In this document: positions 36,201 through 46,684 of the stretch, piece after piece
How positions within the stretch are numbered: the stretch's first letter is position 1
Layout of the letters: each line of letters begins with the position of its first letter
Position numbers and translations under genes: made by a program
From: Patescibacteria group bacterium
Lineage (GTDB): Bacteria; Patescibacteriota; Microgenomatia; Levybacterales; GWA1-39-11
Length of the DNA: 64,000 nt
Assembly: GCA_035545675.1 (NCBI GenBank)
Contig: DASZYA010000001.1
Coordinates: 237 to 64,236 of the forward strand
Direction of reading: 5' to 3'
The notes under the pieces: model-generated
Database searches by the model: none
What the model was told of the DNA's origin: nothing
Seen by the model: only the letters and a program-made list of their open reading frames with translations

Positions 36201-37121
36201 TTAACTTCTCAAACCACTTATAAATTTCTTTGCGCTAATTCCCGCTAATACTAATCCTTTCATATATCCTGGATATTTATTTTGATAATGTTTTCTATAA
36301 AAAATCCTCATCGCATCAAATCTTGCATCATGTGCTATCTTTTTTGTTTCACGAGTAGCAGTTGTAATATGTTTTGAATCTTTCTTTATTCCTCCAGAAA
36401 CACCTTTGTAGTGTAGTATTTCAAATTCGGGAACAAAAAATATTTTCCAACCCTTTTCAATTAACTTGTAGCAAAAGTCCAAATCTTCCCCATAAAAGAA
36501 GAAATCTTCATCCCACCAACCCACTTGTTCTCCAGCTTCTCCTCTTACAACCATGAATGCTCCTGCAAGGGCCTCTATCTCATGTGTTTGATTGGTTGGT
36601 AAATACGTAAGGTTATAACCTGCAAATGTTTTGGTTTTTGGAAAAACTTTTGATAACCCCGTAAAATGAGCGAGCGCACGCCATGGAGTTGGGAAGCCAC
36701 GATGCGCTGCATCATCTAATTTTCCATTTGGAAGTCTAACAAAACAGGTTGATGCCCCCACTTGCGGATTATTATCCATAAACTCTACCATTCCATCTAT
36801 GGTTTTCTCGTATACAACAGTGTCTGAGTTTAAAAATAAAACATAGCGACCATTTGATTCTTTTACTCCGATATTATTAGCTTTAGAAAAGCCAAAATTT
36901 TCAGTATTTTGAATGAGTTTTAAATTTTTTATTTTTGATTCTAAATTTTTTATTTCTTTACCAGAATCGTCGCTCGACTTATTGTCTACAACTATAATTT
37001 CAAAACTCTTTTTCTTAACGGTTCTAGCAATAGATAGAATACACTCAAGGGTTAAATCTTTTGTATTAAATGAAACAATAATAATTGATATGTCTACTTT
37101 TTTCATTAAACTTCCTTCCAA
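36201..37121 (-). CDS. GT2-family glycosyltransferase
   Basis: N-terminal Rossmann-like IIIVSFNTKDLTLECILSI, DxD-like LFLNSDT, and a GT-A fold. Confidence 0.8.
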   Translation of the reverse strand: MEGSLMKKVDISIIIVSFNTKDLTLECILSIARTVKKKSFEIIVVDNKSSDDSGKEIKNLESKIKNLKLIQNTENFGFSKANNIGVKESNGRYVLFLNSDTVVYEKTIDGMVEFMDNNPQVGASTCFVRLPNGKLDDAAHRGFPTPWRALAHFTGLSKVFPKTKTFAGYNLTYLPTNQTHEIEALAGAFMVVRGEAGEQVGWWDEDFFFYGEDLDFCYKLIEKGWKIFFVPEFEILHYKGVSGGIKKDSKHITTATRETKKIAHDARFDAMRIFYRKHYQNKYPGYMKGLVLAGISAKKFISGLRS

Positions 37122-38275
37122 TATTTATTTAATTTTTTGCCAATTACGTCCCAAGAATATTCCTTTTTTGCAAACTCGTGGGCATTTTTAGCCAACTTCT
37201 TTCTTTTATTTAGATCCTCAAGCAGGTTTTTTGTTTTACCAACAAAATCCCAAGCAGTATCTGCAATTATAAGATGTTTTTCATTCTCTGCTCCAATTCC
37301 TTTTATTCTATGAGGTAATCCTATTACGGGAAGACCAACTGCGAAAGCCTCTATTATTTTAAAATTAGTTCCCCCACCCAATCTAATTGGTGCGACCATA
37401 ATATCAGCTGCTTCATACTCATCCTGAATTTTTGGCACGAATTCTTTGAAAGTTATTCTTTCATCTCTTATTGGAAGGCTTGTTACTCCTCTTCCAACAG
37501 CAGTAAGTGTGATGTCATCCGGTAAATCAGCAAAAACTTCTTTGTAGAAAAAATTTATTGCATCTACATTTGGAAAATATGTGAAGTTTCCTACAAACAA
37601 TAATTTCTTACCGTTAATCCTAGCAGGCTCATGATATTTAAATTCGTCGAAGTCTACCCCATTTCTCACAACTCCAACCTTGTTTGTAAATTTTTTAATA
37701 ACATCCGCGTCATCATCTGATACGGCAATATTAAGATCTGCCTTTTTAAATATTTCCTCTTCCTCTCTTCTTATTCTTCCCACCTGAGCTTTATAAGCTC
37801 CTCTTAATAATTTTGGCGTGTTGTTCTCTGCATAATCGTCATAGAGATTTGCTTCTATATTTTCCGTACCAAATATTTGCTTTACACCTGTTTTACCAAT
37901 TTCATCTCCGATAAAAAAAGATGTATAAAAAGATTCAAAGTGAACAACGTCAATATGATTTGCAACTATTTGCTCAACTATCTGATTCAGGGCGGATTTT
38001 GAATTATAAAGAGCATTAAAAATTGATTTACCACTTATCAAACCAAAGATGTTTGTAGGATCTACAACTTTCTTTCTGGGAATTAACTCTAAAACCTTAA
38101 CTCCAATTTTTTCCATTTCCTTAATATATTCATTGTTGAAATCATTTCTAACAAAAGAAATTAAATATTTCTCCACATCGCTCCCAGAATGTTTAAGCAT
38201 GTTATATGAGCGGGTTTTACCACCAGAATTGGTAGGATAAGGAAAATCGTAAGTTACAAATAATACTTTCTTCAT
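37106..38275 (-). CDS. GT4-family glycosyltransferase
   Basis: GT-B fold. C-terminal DIMVAPIRLGGGTNFKIIEAFAVGLPVI. Confidence 0.8.
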   Translation of the reverse strand: MKKVLFVTYDFPYPTNSGGKTRSYNMLKHSGSDVEKYLISFVRNDFNNEYIKEMEKIGVKVLELIPRKKVVDPTNIFGLISGKSIFNALYNSKSALNQIVEQIVANHIDVVHFESFYTSFFIGDEIGKTGVKQIFGTENIEANLYDDYAENNTPKLLRGAYKAQVGRIRREEEEIFKKADLNIAVSDDDADVIKKFTNKVGVVRNGVDFDEFKYHEPARINGKKLLFVGNFTYFPNVDAINFFYKEVFADLPDDITLTAVGRGVTSLPIRDERITFKEFVPKIQDEYEAADIMVAPIRLGGGTNFKIIEAFAVGLPVIGLPHRIKGIGAENEKHLIIADTAWDFVGKTKNLLEDLNKRKKLAKNAHEFAKKEYSWDVIGKKLNKYWKEV

Positions 38276-38394
38276 AATTATTTTGAAAGAATTTTTAATT
38301 TTAAATTTCTAATTTTCATTTAATTTTTATTTATCTAATTTTTAAATTCTAACATTTTAATTTTATTATGAATTAAGAATTAGGAATTAATAAT

Positions 38395-39846
38395 TTACTT
38401 AAGTTTAAGTATCAAATAAGTGGAGCTTGATGCAACTGGTGTATAAGTTCTCCCAAAGCCGTTGAAATCACTCTGGGTTGGATTTGCGATAACCAGATAC
38501 TGTGCTCCTTTATCTATTAAGCCGTTTATTCCAACCTCAAAAACTGGCCAACCCGGACGCTCAATAATATTTAGAAACGTTGTACTTCCATCATAAGGCG
38601 CAATTACTACTGCGTCTTTTGGCAACACTTTATTTGCATAGACTCCTGCCGCAACCATCCCGCGATCATTTATGTTGAAATAGTCTTTAACATAATGCCA
38701 GGATAAAACAAAAGATGAAATCATGATTAATACACAAATAGCCAAAGATGCATTCTGTGGAATCTTTTTAGAAAGAAGGGATACTAGTTTGGAAAATCCG
38801 AGTCCTGCAAAGATAGAGATAGTTGGCACAATCAATATTTGATAATAATCATGCTGAACGTTTCCTGTTGCAATAATACAAACATAAAGAAGTGATGAAA
38901 TGGCAAAAGTGAGAAAAAACCATTTGTTCTTTTCTTTGAGAGAATCAATAAGTCCAAGAAGAAAAAACGAAATACCTGAAAACCCTAATATCAACTTAGT
39001 TAGTCTTTCATATAATATCCATCTAAAAAATGCCGGATGAAATCTAATATTGTTCCCGTTAAATAACCAGGCAGATACCGGAATACCCTCGGGATGATGT
39101 CCTATCCATACTCTCCAAAGAGCCAATGGCAAAATGCTTAAGACAAGATATAACCATAATTGCCATTTTTTGATAAAAGAAAGACCCCATTTATTAATTA
39201 CTAAATAAACCATTGGAAGGGTGAAGAACAAAGCATAGGGCTTGAGTAGAAATGAAAGTGTTGTAAAGATCAGTGAAAGAACAAAGTACATTCCGTTCTT
39301 AGTTCTTAGGTTTTTGTTCTTAGGTTTTTTTTCTAACCACTTGTCGAAGAAATAGATGCCAGCAAGAATTGAAGCTGCCATAGATGGATCTGGAAGAATT
39401 ACACGACTGTAATAGATTGAGAATGGCAGAAACAAAAAGAAAGCAGCTGCTGCAACACCCGCAATCTCATTGGCATATTTTTTAGTTAGAGCATATATAA
39501 AAACTGCAGAAAAAATTGAGGCAACAATTGTAATTATCCTCCCCCATTCGGGTAATGTCATGACACCAATGCCTTCAAAAAGAACTGCTTGCGTGGCATT
39601 ATATATTGGGAACTCAACTAATCTTAGTCCCTGAGGGTTATCGAATCCTGATTGGACGTTTGAAATATCATAATATTTTGGAGAAAGAAAATTTATACCC
39701 TCTCTAACGTAGCGAGACGAGACTGCGTTTGTATCTCCCTGGCGAAATGAATGCCAATCTGCAACTGGATTATCAAATCTGTAAAAACGAACTATAAATC
39801 CCAAAAAGAACAGCAACAACAACCCGAATAATAAATTTCGCTTCAT
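38395..39846 (-). CDS. polytopic GT-C-like membrane glycosyltransferase (ArnT/PMT-like)
   Basis: 483 aa with 11 or more TM helices. The N-terminal YRFDNPVADWHSFRQ motif and a Trp-rich C-terminal periplasmic domain are present. Confidence 0.5.
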   Translation of the reverse strand: MKRNLLFGLLLLFFLGFIVRFYRFDNPVADWHSFRQGDTNAVSSRYVREGINFLSPKYYDISNVQSGFDNPQGLRLVEFPIYNATQAVLFEGIGVMTLPEWGRIITIVASIFSAVFIYALTKKYANEIAGVAAAAFFLFLPFSIYYSRVILPDPSMAASILAGIYFFDKWLEKKPKNKNLRTKNGMYFVLSLIFTTLSFLLKPYALFFTLPMVYLVINKWGLSFIKKWQLWLYLVLSILPLALWRVWIGHHPEGIPVSAWLFNGNNIRFHPAFFRWILYERLTKLILGFSGISFFLLGLIDSLKEKNKWFFLTFAISSLLYVCIIATGNVQHDYYQILIVPTISIFAGLGFSKLVSLLSKKIPQNASLAICVLIMISSFVLSWHYVKDYFNINDRGMVAAGVYANKVLPKDAVVIAPYDGSTTFLNIIERPGWPVFEVGINGLIDKGAQYLVIANPTQSDFNGFGRTYTPVASSSTYLILKLK

Positions 39847-39899
39847 TAAATTTATTCTAGTTTATTGCGAGCATATTATCAACGTTATTGAAGCTAATA

Positions 39900-42800
39900 C
39901 TATTTTTTGAGCACAGTAGATGGAGTGGGGGTTATAATAGGATTCTTCTTTGGAGGGGGAACTTCTGTAACAGTTCCGTCGCCATTAAATTGGAATACTT
40001 TATAAGTTCTGCCAATTTTTTCCTGCATCTCAGGTGTTAAAGTCTGATCCTGACTTATTGATATATTAGGATTCTTGAATGCAAACCACATTGCATCATT
40101 TATTCCAACCGGAAATACCCAAGCGTTTCCTACCTTTGTGGGAACATTTACAAAATGAAATTCCATAGGAGTTGATGACCAATAATCAGAGTATGCATCA
40201 TCAATTGCTATTAAGAAATTTTGAGCCTGTTGACCTGCCCCATACCAATCTTGATAAACTTGTTGCACCTGAATTATTTGGAAAAGTCCAAAAGTTGCAA
40301 CAATAACGGTAATTGATGCAACAGCAACATTTTTACCATTAGTCAGCAAAAAGTCGTAGATAACAGTAAGAAACCATACAAAAATCATAACTAGACCCAT
40401 TGATGCTAGATAACTATAACGAGATGTTATATTTCCAAAGCCAATAAACGGAAGTAGGGTTATTACAAAGAACCAAAAGCTGAATGAAATTATCTTTCTT
40501 CCTGAAACATTAATCTTCTTCCACAATCTTTTGTATAAGAAGTATGCTATCGCAAGAGCTACTAATCCAAAAACTGTTGCAAAAATAAGATTCCCCCTTA
40601 ATATATCTCTAAGTTTTTCATATGGTCCAAAAGCAAAAGGTCCTAAAATCGTAATAAGAATATATCCAATAGCATTTCCAACAACGTTAAAAGGAAGTTT
40701 TATTAGATTGTATGAATAGTCTCCACCTTGCCAATGACTTCCGGAAATAAATCTTATTACAAGATATATAGCATCCGGAATAAACAATGCTAAATACTCA
40801 ATCTTTCCGATTGCTTTTTTGATAGAGAAATCTGGATTGTAGAAAAATTCATAAAGAATTATTAATAACGGAACTATCATTCCGAGCTCATAGAAAAGGA
40901 GGGATAAACAGGAAAATATTATTGATCCCACAAAAAACGTGACATTTTTCTTTTCGCGCCAGAGAATAAATGAAAGAAGAGATAACAATATAAACATTGC
41001 ATTGAATAAATGCCCGAGCGCTGAAATCCAAAATACAATCTCTACATACCCACTCATTATCAAGAATAGAAAAGCAGCGCCTGCTGCCAACATTCTCTTT
41101 TTGAGTATCTTTTGAGCCAAGAAGTAGAAAAGAACAACAACAATAAAATGAATAAAGATTGAAACCATGTGATAAACAACTTGATTCAACCAGAAAAATT
41201 GATAGAGGAAGTAGAACAAGAGCTTTGTACCGGGCCTAAAGAAAAATCCATCTGAATTAATAAAGTAAGAGGATAGAGTTGATAAGAAACTCCCACAACC
41301 TTGTGTAATATTTCCACAAGTTGCTGCCCACCTAAACCAAGTGTAATCATCTGCGACAAAGTAATTTCCAAGCATTGGAGCAAAAATTACAAAAGCCAAT
41401 ATAAATAGGTAAACAATGATTGCATAAGAAGATGTTGCAACATCCTTGAGTTCTTTAGAAAGGTTTATTTCTCTTTTCTGATAGAGTACTAGAGTTCCCA
41501 AAGCAATACCGGTCAACATCCACAAAAGATAGGCAATTTTACTCGCCTCAAAAACATCTATTAATGTTGCATTAAGTGCCAATCCCACTACTCCCGCAGC
41601 AAATCCCAAAATAAAACATCTTGCAACTTTTGAATCTATGTCTGGCAAAATTTTTCTGATATAAACTGCGACTGCTAGGAATATAGCAAAGAAACTAGTC
41701 ATACCAAGTATTCCAACCTCCGCAAGAGTTCTTAGATAGTTATTATCAACAGCAAGACTGACCGATCCATATCCACTTCCTACCAATATATTTCTCTCAA
41801 AAGCCATTATTGCGTGTGGCCATTCACCTTGAAACCTAGTTGTAAATGAAAGATCGTAAGCTGAGGCTTTTTTGATAATAAAGTCACCATGAATTATTAA
41901 CACCTGAGCAGAGTTGGTTGTAGCAACATTTGGAGATAGTTCATAGAAAAAGTTACCCACCCTTTTTGTAACCGGAGAAAGAGCTAAGTTAACATATCCT
42001 GTTCCCTGAGGAAGACTTTCACCATTTGATACATTTGCAGCGCTAACTACGGGTACATTTCCGAGCTGCTCGAGAAGTTTCCATTGCAATACTGCAGAGG
42101 CAGTAGCAGTTGAGGTTTCTTGACCTTGAAGCGCATAATTTAGATCGTCAGAATTAGAAACTCTTTCTTGTCTTATTATCTTATCGCGGAAATTTTCTAC
42201 CGGTACAAAATGAACTTCCCCAACCGCGGCTCCTGTTTTTCCATCAACCAAAACATCAACCTTTTTTACAGTATTACTGAAACGATTAAGAAGTGCTGGA
42301 GACAAAGAGAACAAAAGGAAAGCAAGAACTGCGATTACCGGGATTGAATATAATACCAGCTTTTTCTTCTGGAAAAAAAGCAAAAAGAACAAGGCAACTA
42401 ACAAAACAAAGAAAGAAACACGAGAAACTGTCATAAATAAAAGAGCAAATCCTAAAACAGCAGTAATTGCAAAAAATGCTTTTATAATCCAATTTTTGTA
42501 GGCAAAAATCATGCTAACAATTATTGGGATTACGAGAACCAAATAGGCAGCCAAATCATATTGACCGGCAAATGTTGATGGAAGACGAGACAACTGAGAT
42601 AGAGTTATTGGAATTCCTTTAGCGAATTCCTCATTCATCGTAAGGTAAGCGGGAAATCCGAGATATTTTTGTCCAAAACCATAAAAGATTACACCAAGAA
42701 GGGTAAATGCGATTATAAAGACTGCTGCGTTAATTTGGTTTTTATCCCTGATTGAAGCAAAAGCTACAAAGAATAAGCTTAGATATTCAATGTGCCTTAA

Positions 42801-43127
42801 AAACGCAAGAAATGCTACGTTTGGAAATACATTAGCAGCTGTTGGGAAAATTATAAGAACTCCATGGATTGTTGCAATTGCTCCTATAATCCAAAAGATC
42901 ATGATTGGAATAGTAATTGGAGTTTTAAGTTCAACCTTTCTTCTAATGAGTTGAACTACCCAAGCAAGAAGAGCGCCCAGAACTAAAAAGTCCTCTACTC
43001 TTATATAAACCCAGGTGTTTTTGATATCAAGAAGTGGAAGTTTGGGATATAGAGGAATGAATGCTAGCAAAAAAACTGTGATCAAAAATAAGAAATTATC
43101 GCTAATGTATGAAATTATTTTCTTCAT
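39900..43127 (-). CDS. 1075-aa polytopic membrane protein: O-antigen-polymerase/ligase-like N-terminal half fused to a GT-C (PMT/ArnT-like) C-terminal half
   Basis: The first ~500 aa have many TM helices plus a large loop, which looks Wzy_C-like. A second TM bundle begins FFRPGTKLLFYFLYQFFWLNQVVYHMVSIFIHFIVVVLFYFLAQKIL and resembles the PMT_2/ArnT N-terminal region. Confidence 0.5.
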   Translation of the reverse strand: MKKIISYISDNFLFLITVFLLAFIPLYPKLPLLDIKNTWVYIRVEDFLVLGALLAWVVQLIRRKVELKTPITIPIMIFWIIGAIATIHGVLIIFPTAANVFPNVAFLAFLRHIEYLSLFFVAFASIRDKNQINAAVFIIAFTLLGVIFYGFGQKYLGFPAYLTMNEEFAKGIPITLSQLSRLPSTFAGQYDLAAYLVLVIPIIVSMIFAYKNWIIKAFFAITAVLGFALLFMTVSRVSFFVLLVALFFLLFFQKKKLVLYSIPVIAVLAFLLFSLSPALLNRFSNTVKKVDVLVDGKTGAAVGEVHFVPVENFRDKIIRQERVSNSDDLNYALQGQETSTATASAVLQWKLLEQLGNVPVVSAANVSNGESLPQGTGYVNLALSPVTKRVGNFFYELSPNVATTNSAQVLIIHGDFIIKKASAYDLSFTTRFQGEWPHAIMAFERNILVGSGYGSVSLAVDNNYLRTLAEVGILGMTSFFAIFLAVAVYIRKILPDIDSKVARCFILGFAAGVVGLALNATLIDVFEASKIAYLLWMLTGIALGTLVLYQKREINLSKELKDVATSSYAIIVYLFILAFVIFAPMLGNYFVADDYTWFRWAATCGNITQGCGSFLSTLSSYFINSDGFFFRPGTKLLFYFLYQFFWLNQVVYHMVSIFIHFIVVVLFYFLAQKILKKRMLAAGAAFLFLIMSGYVEIVFWISALGHLFNAMFILLSLLSFILWREKKNVTFFVGSIIFSCLSLLFYELGMIVPLLIILYEFFYNPDFSIKKAIGKIEYLALFIPDAIYLVIRFISGSHWQGGDYSYNLIKLPFNVVGNAIGYILITILGPFAFGPYEKLRDILRGNLIFATVFGLVALAIAYFLYKRLWKKINVSGRKIISFSFWFFVITLLPFIGFGNITSRYSYLASMGLVMIFVWFLTVIYDFLLTNGKNVAVASITVIVATFGLFQIIQVQQVYQDWYGAGQQAQNFLIAIDDAYSDYWSSTPMEFHFVNVPTKVGNAWVFPVGINDAMWFAFKNPNISISQDQTLTPEMQEKIGRTYKVFQFNGDGTVTEVPPPKKNPIITPTPSTVLKK

Positions 43128-43981
43128 GACTTTAACGCTCCACTATATGTGTCGCTTAAGTATTTATTATTCATTATTTTACCTATCAATACAAGTGATA
43201 TTGCTTTGAGTTTAAAAAGAGATTTTACCACAACATAAGAGAATGGTGTTCCGTGTTTTTTATGGAAATAAAATATTCCTTTATAAATATTTCTTATAGC
43301 AAATGACTTGTTTGAACTACCGTGAGATACATGTTCCAAAATTACAGCAGGCGTGAAGTGAGTAGTATAGCCAGAGAACCTTGCTCTAAAACACAAATCC
43401 ATATCCTCAATATACATAAAATAATGTTCATCAAATCCATTGAGCTTCATAAATAAATTGGTTTTAATAAACATAAACCCTCCACTCACAAAATCTACTA
43501 TTTCTTCTCTTTTTGGAGAAAAGCGGACACCTACTTTATCATCAAGACCAAGCGCAATAGAGATAGATGCTAAGAGGCCAAAAAATTTACCACAAGATTT
43601 TTCCAACTCTCCATTTTTTCCTACTAATTTACCTCCCACAATACCAATATTTATATTTGAGTTTATAGTTTCGATGAAGCTATCTACGCTTCCTTTTTTC
43701 CAACGGGCATCTGGATTAACAAATAATAGATACTCCCCACTTGCTACTTTTGCTCCGGTATTTATTCCTTTTGCAAAACCTAAGTTTTGATCGTTCACGA
43801 TCAAGCGGATTTTAGTTTTTGGCTCTTTGATTTTTGATACGACTCTGACAGTGTCATCAGTCGAATTGTTATCGACAACTATTAGCTCAATACTTTCCTT
43901 TTTATTGAATTCAAAGATGCTCTCTATAAGCTCTTTTATGTAGGCAGAAGAATTGTATGTGAGGATTATTATCGAAACCAT
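43124..43981 (-). CDS. GT2-family glycosyltransferase
   Basis: MVSIIILTYNSSAYIKELIESI, DxD-like LFVNPDA, and a GT-A fold. Confidence 0.8.
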   Translation of the reverse strand: MVSIIILTYNSSAYIKELIESIFEFNKKESIELIVVDNNSTDDTVRVVSKIKEPKTKIRLIVNDQNLGFAKGINTGAKVASGEYLLFVNPDARWKKGSVDSFIETINSNINIGIVGGKLVGKNGELEKSCGKFFGLLASISIALGLDDKVGVRFSPKREEIVDFVSGGFMFIKTNLFMKLNGFDEHYFMYIEDMDLCFRARFSGYTTHFTPAVILEHVSHGSSNKSFAIRNIYKGIFYFHKKHGTPFSYVVVKSLFKLKAISLVLIGKIMNNKYLSDTYSGALKS

Positions 43982-44535
43982 GCTGCTCTTCCCAATTTGT
44001 AATTGGGGTTTTTAAGTTTTCGTTCGCCAATAACCTTTGCAGGAACTCCACCAACGATTGCAAATTCCGGTACATCCTTTGTAACAACGGCTCCAGCCCC
44101 AACTACGGCACCCTTACCAATCTTAACTCCTGGAAGAATAACAGCTCTTGGACCAATAAAAACATAATCGCCTATTTCAACAGGTTCCAAAACTACCTCC
44201 TCTACCTTTGCAAAATTTTCTGAATTTATATCGTGTTGAGAGTTATAGATCATGACTTCTGATGCTATATCAACGTGATTTCCGATCTTAAGTGGAGCGC
44301 GACCATCAAGAACTGCATTTTCACCAATTATTGTATCCTCCCCGATTTTTATTTTTGATGCATCATAAAAAACTGCACCCATATGAATTGAGGAACCTTT
44401 CCCAATTTTCATTCCCTGTACTCTATAAAAGAAACGCCTAATGTGATGAGATGGGACGTGACCAATATATTTAAGAATCATATTGTCTGATTCAAGCATT
44501 ACCGCGCTCGCTCTTCTTTTGATTCGTTTAATCAT
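43969..44535 (-). CDS. hexapeptide-repeat (LbH) sugar O-/N-acetyltransferase
   Basis: Tandem [LIV]G-x-x-x-x hexapeptides: IGEDTIIGENAVLDGRAPLKIGNHVDIASEVMIY...IGPRAVILPGVKIGKGAVVGAGAVV. Confidence 0.8.
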   Translation of the reverse strand: MIKRIKRRASAVMLESDNMILKYIGHVPSHHIRRFFYRVQGMKIGKGSSIHMGAVFYDASKIKIGEDTIIGENAVLDGRAPLKIGNHVDIASEVMIYNSQHDINSENFAKVEEVVLEPVEIGDYVFIGPRAVILPGVKIGKGAVVGAGAVVTKDVPEFAIVGGVPAKVIGERKLKNPNYKLGRAAWFR

Positions 44536-44569
44536 AAATTTAAATAATTAATTCTTATTTATTAAATTC

Positions 44570-45697
44570 TTAATTTTTAGCTATTGATTCAAAAACACTA
44601 AGTGCCTCTTTTGCCGCTTTTTCCCAAGAAAATTTTTTAACCTGATTGTGTCCTTCCTTTATCATTTTGTCTCTTAATTTTTTGTCTTTCAAGACCTTGT
44701 TTATAATGCTAGCTATATCATCTGGATCTTCCGGATCAAAATAAAGTGCAGCATCTCCACCCGCTTCTGGTAGAGAGGATATATTGCTTGTTACAACTGG
44801 ACACCCATAACGCATAGCCTCAAGCACTGGAAGCCCAAAACCTTCATAAAGACTAGGGAGTACAAATACTTCTGCATTTTCGTAGAATAGTGCAAGCTCT
44901 GAATCATTGACTCCTTCTAAAAATCTAACCCTTGATCCCACCCCGAATTTAGCAGGAGCAGTAAGAATATCTTCATAATCCCAACCTCTCCTACCTATAA
45001 TAATGAGCTCGTAATCGTCGTCTATCTTTGAGAATGCGTGAATGAGTCTCACGAGATTTTTCCTGGGCTGAAGGGTTCCCACAAACAACACATAGGGCTT
45101 CTCAATATTGTATTTTTTGATGAATTCAGATTTTGTCATGGAAGATTTTTGTAAATCTTTTATTCCAAGGTGTAAAACCGCAATTTTAGCCTCAGGAACT
45201 TGGTATTCCTTGATTATATCATTCTTTGAACTCTCACTAATTGTAACTATTGCAGCGGCTTTTTTAATTGAATACTTACCCCAAATTGAAAGCTTTAAAA
45301 GATCCTGCTTCTTGAATAGTTCCGGGAAATACTTATAAGAAACGTCTAGAATTGATATAACCTCGGGTATTGGAGTAAATATAGGACTGTAATGAGTAGG
45401 AGAGAAAAGGACATCAATCGCTGTTTTCTTAAGAACATTTGGAGTTAGACCAGTTATAGTCCAAAGCTTTTTATTTGGTATTATTTCATATCTCCAGCCG
45501 GGTCTTTCTTCTGGCATATCTTTTGTTGGTGAGGTAGGTAGAAAAATTATATATTCGTTTGTCTTATCAATCTTATAAAGCTCTGACAGAAGCTGAAAAC
45601 ACACTTCAGAGCTTCCAACTCTATTTGGAAGTCCAGTCTTCTCATCAAATCCAAAACGAGGAATTACCGCCTCAAATCCATTTATACCTATTCGCAC
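44570..45697 (-). CDS. GT4-family glycosyltransferase
   Basis: EVFVLPSLYEGFGLPVLEAMRYGCPVVTSNISSLPEA. Confidence 0.8.
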   Translation of the reverse strand: MRIGINGFEAVIPRFGFDEKTGLPNRVGSSEVCFQLLSELYKIDKTNEYIIFLPTSPTKDMPEERPGWRYEIIPNKKLWTITGLTPNVLKKTAIDVLFSPTHYSPIFTPIPEVISILDVSYKYFPELFKKQDLLKLSIWGKYSIKKAAAIVTISESSKNDIIKEYQVPEAKIAVLHLGIKDLQKSSMTKSEFIKKYNIEKPYVLFVGTLQPRKNLVRLIHAFSKIDDDYELIIIGRRGWDYEDILTAPAKFGVGSRVRFLEGVNDSELALFYENAEVFVLPSLYEGFGLPVLEAMRYGCPVVTSNISSLPEAGGDAALYFDPEDPDDIASIINKVLKDKKLRDKMIKEGHNQVKKFSWEKAAKEALSVFESIAKN

Positions 45698-45733
45698 ATA
45701 TATATTCTATAATAAAGTCATCACTTTTTTAAA

Positions 45734-46684
45734 TTGATGATTAAACTAATTAAGGTATTAAGCCTATTTCTGCTCGTCTTTGCATTTGCATTCGTCCTCA
45801 AACAAATACAGGTTAAAACTGAGGAGGGTAATATTTCCGAATACGAAGAAACCTCAATTAAAACAGATAATCCTCTAATTGCTGCCGTGGGGGATATACA
45901 ATGCGATCACAATATATTTTCCCAAAATAATTGCCCAAATAGAATTGAATCAATTATTGCAGGCAACAACAATCCGTATGCTATCTTGTTGTTAGGTGAT
46001 GAGCAATATGGGCATGGCACACTTCAAGACTTTCAAAATTCACTCGATCAAAACTGGGCTAACTATATTACAAAAATATTCCCAGTACCTGGAAATCATG
46101 ATTATTTGAGCGAGCTAGAGGGCTATAAAGAGTATTTCAAAGATAAAAATCCAAGAATTCCACTTAATAATACCTATTATAGTTTTGATATTAATAATTG
46201 GCATCTAGTGGCTCTAGATAGCAATTGCAGTCAAGTTGGAGGGTGTGGCAAAACATCACAGGAATATAAGTGGCTTGCAAAAGACTTATCTAAGAATACA
46301 AAAAAGTGTGTTCTTGCATATTTTCACCATCCTCTATTTAGCTCCGGAACTCACGGAAACAATTATTTTGTTAAAGATCTCTGGAACCTACTATATATGA
46401 ATAAAGCAGATCTTATACTAAATGGCCATGAGCACGTATATGAGAGGTTTGCTCCTCAAGATCCAAATGGAAAAATTGATAACAAAAAAGGGGTCAGGCA
46501 AATTACAGTCGGGACCGGAGGAGGACCACTGTACAAATTTAAGAATATAAAACCAAATAGTCAATTTAGGGACAACAAAGATTACGGTCTTCTCCTGGTC
46601 AATTTAGAAGATAGTAGTTATTCGTTTAAGTTTGTTAATACCGATAATAAGATCATAGATTCAGGAACGGCAAAGTGTAATTAG
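45734..46684 (+). CDS. secreted calcineurin-like metallophosphoesterase (purple-acid-phosphatase-like)
   Basis: Signal peptide, GDxxY-like LLGDEQYG, GNHDY and GHEHVYER motifs. It is the only plus-strand gene inside the glycan locus. Confidence 0.8.
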   Translation: MMIKLIKVLSLFLLVFAFAFVLKQIQVKTEEGNISEYEETSIKTDNPLIAAVGDIQCDHNIFSQNNCPNRIESIIAGNNNPYAILLLGDEQYGHGTLQDFQNSLDQNWANYITKIFPVPGNHDYLSELEGYKEYFKDKNPRIPLNNTYYSFDINNWHLVALDSNCSQVGGCGKTSQEYKWLAKDLSKNTKKCVLAYFHHPLFSSGTHGNNYFVKDLWNLLYMNKADLILNGHEHVYERFAPQDPNGKIDNKKGVRQITVGTGGGPLYKFKNIKPNSQFRDNKDYGLLLVNLEDSSYSFKFVNTDNKIIDSGTAKCN

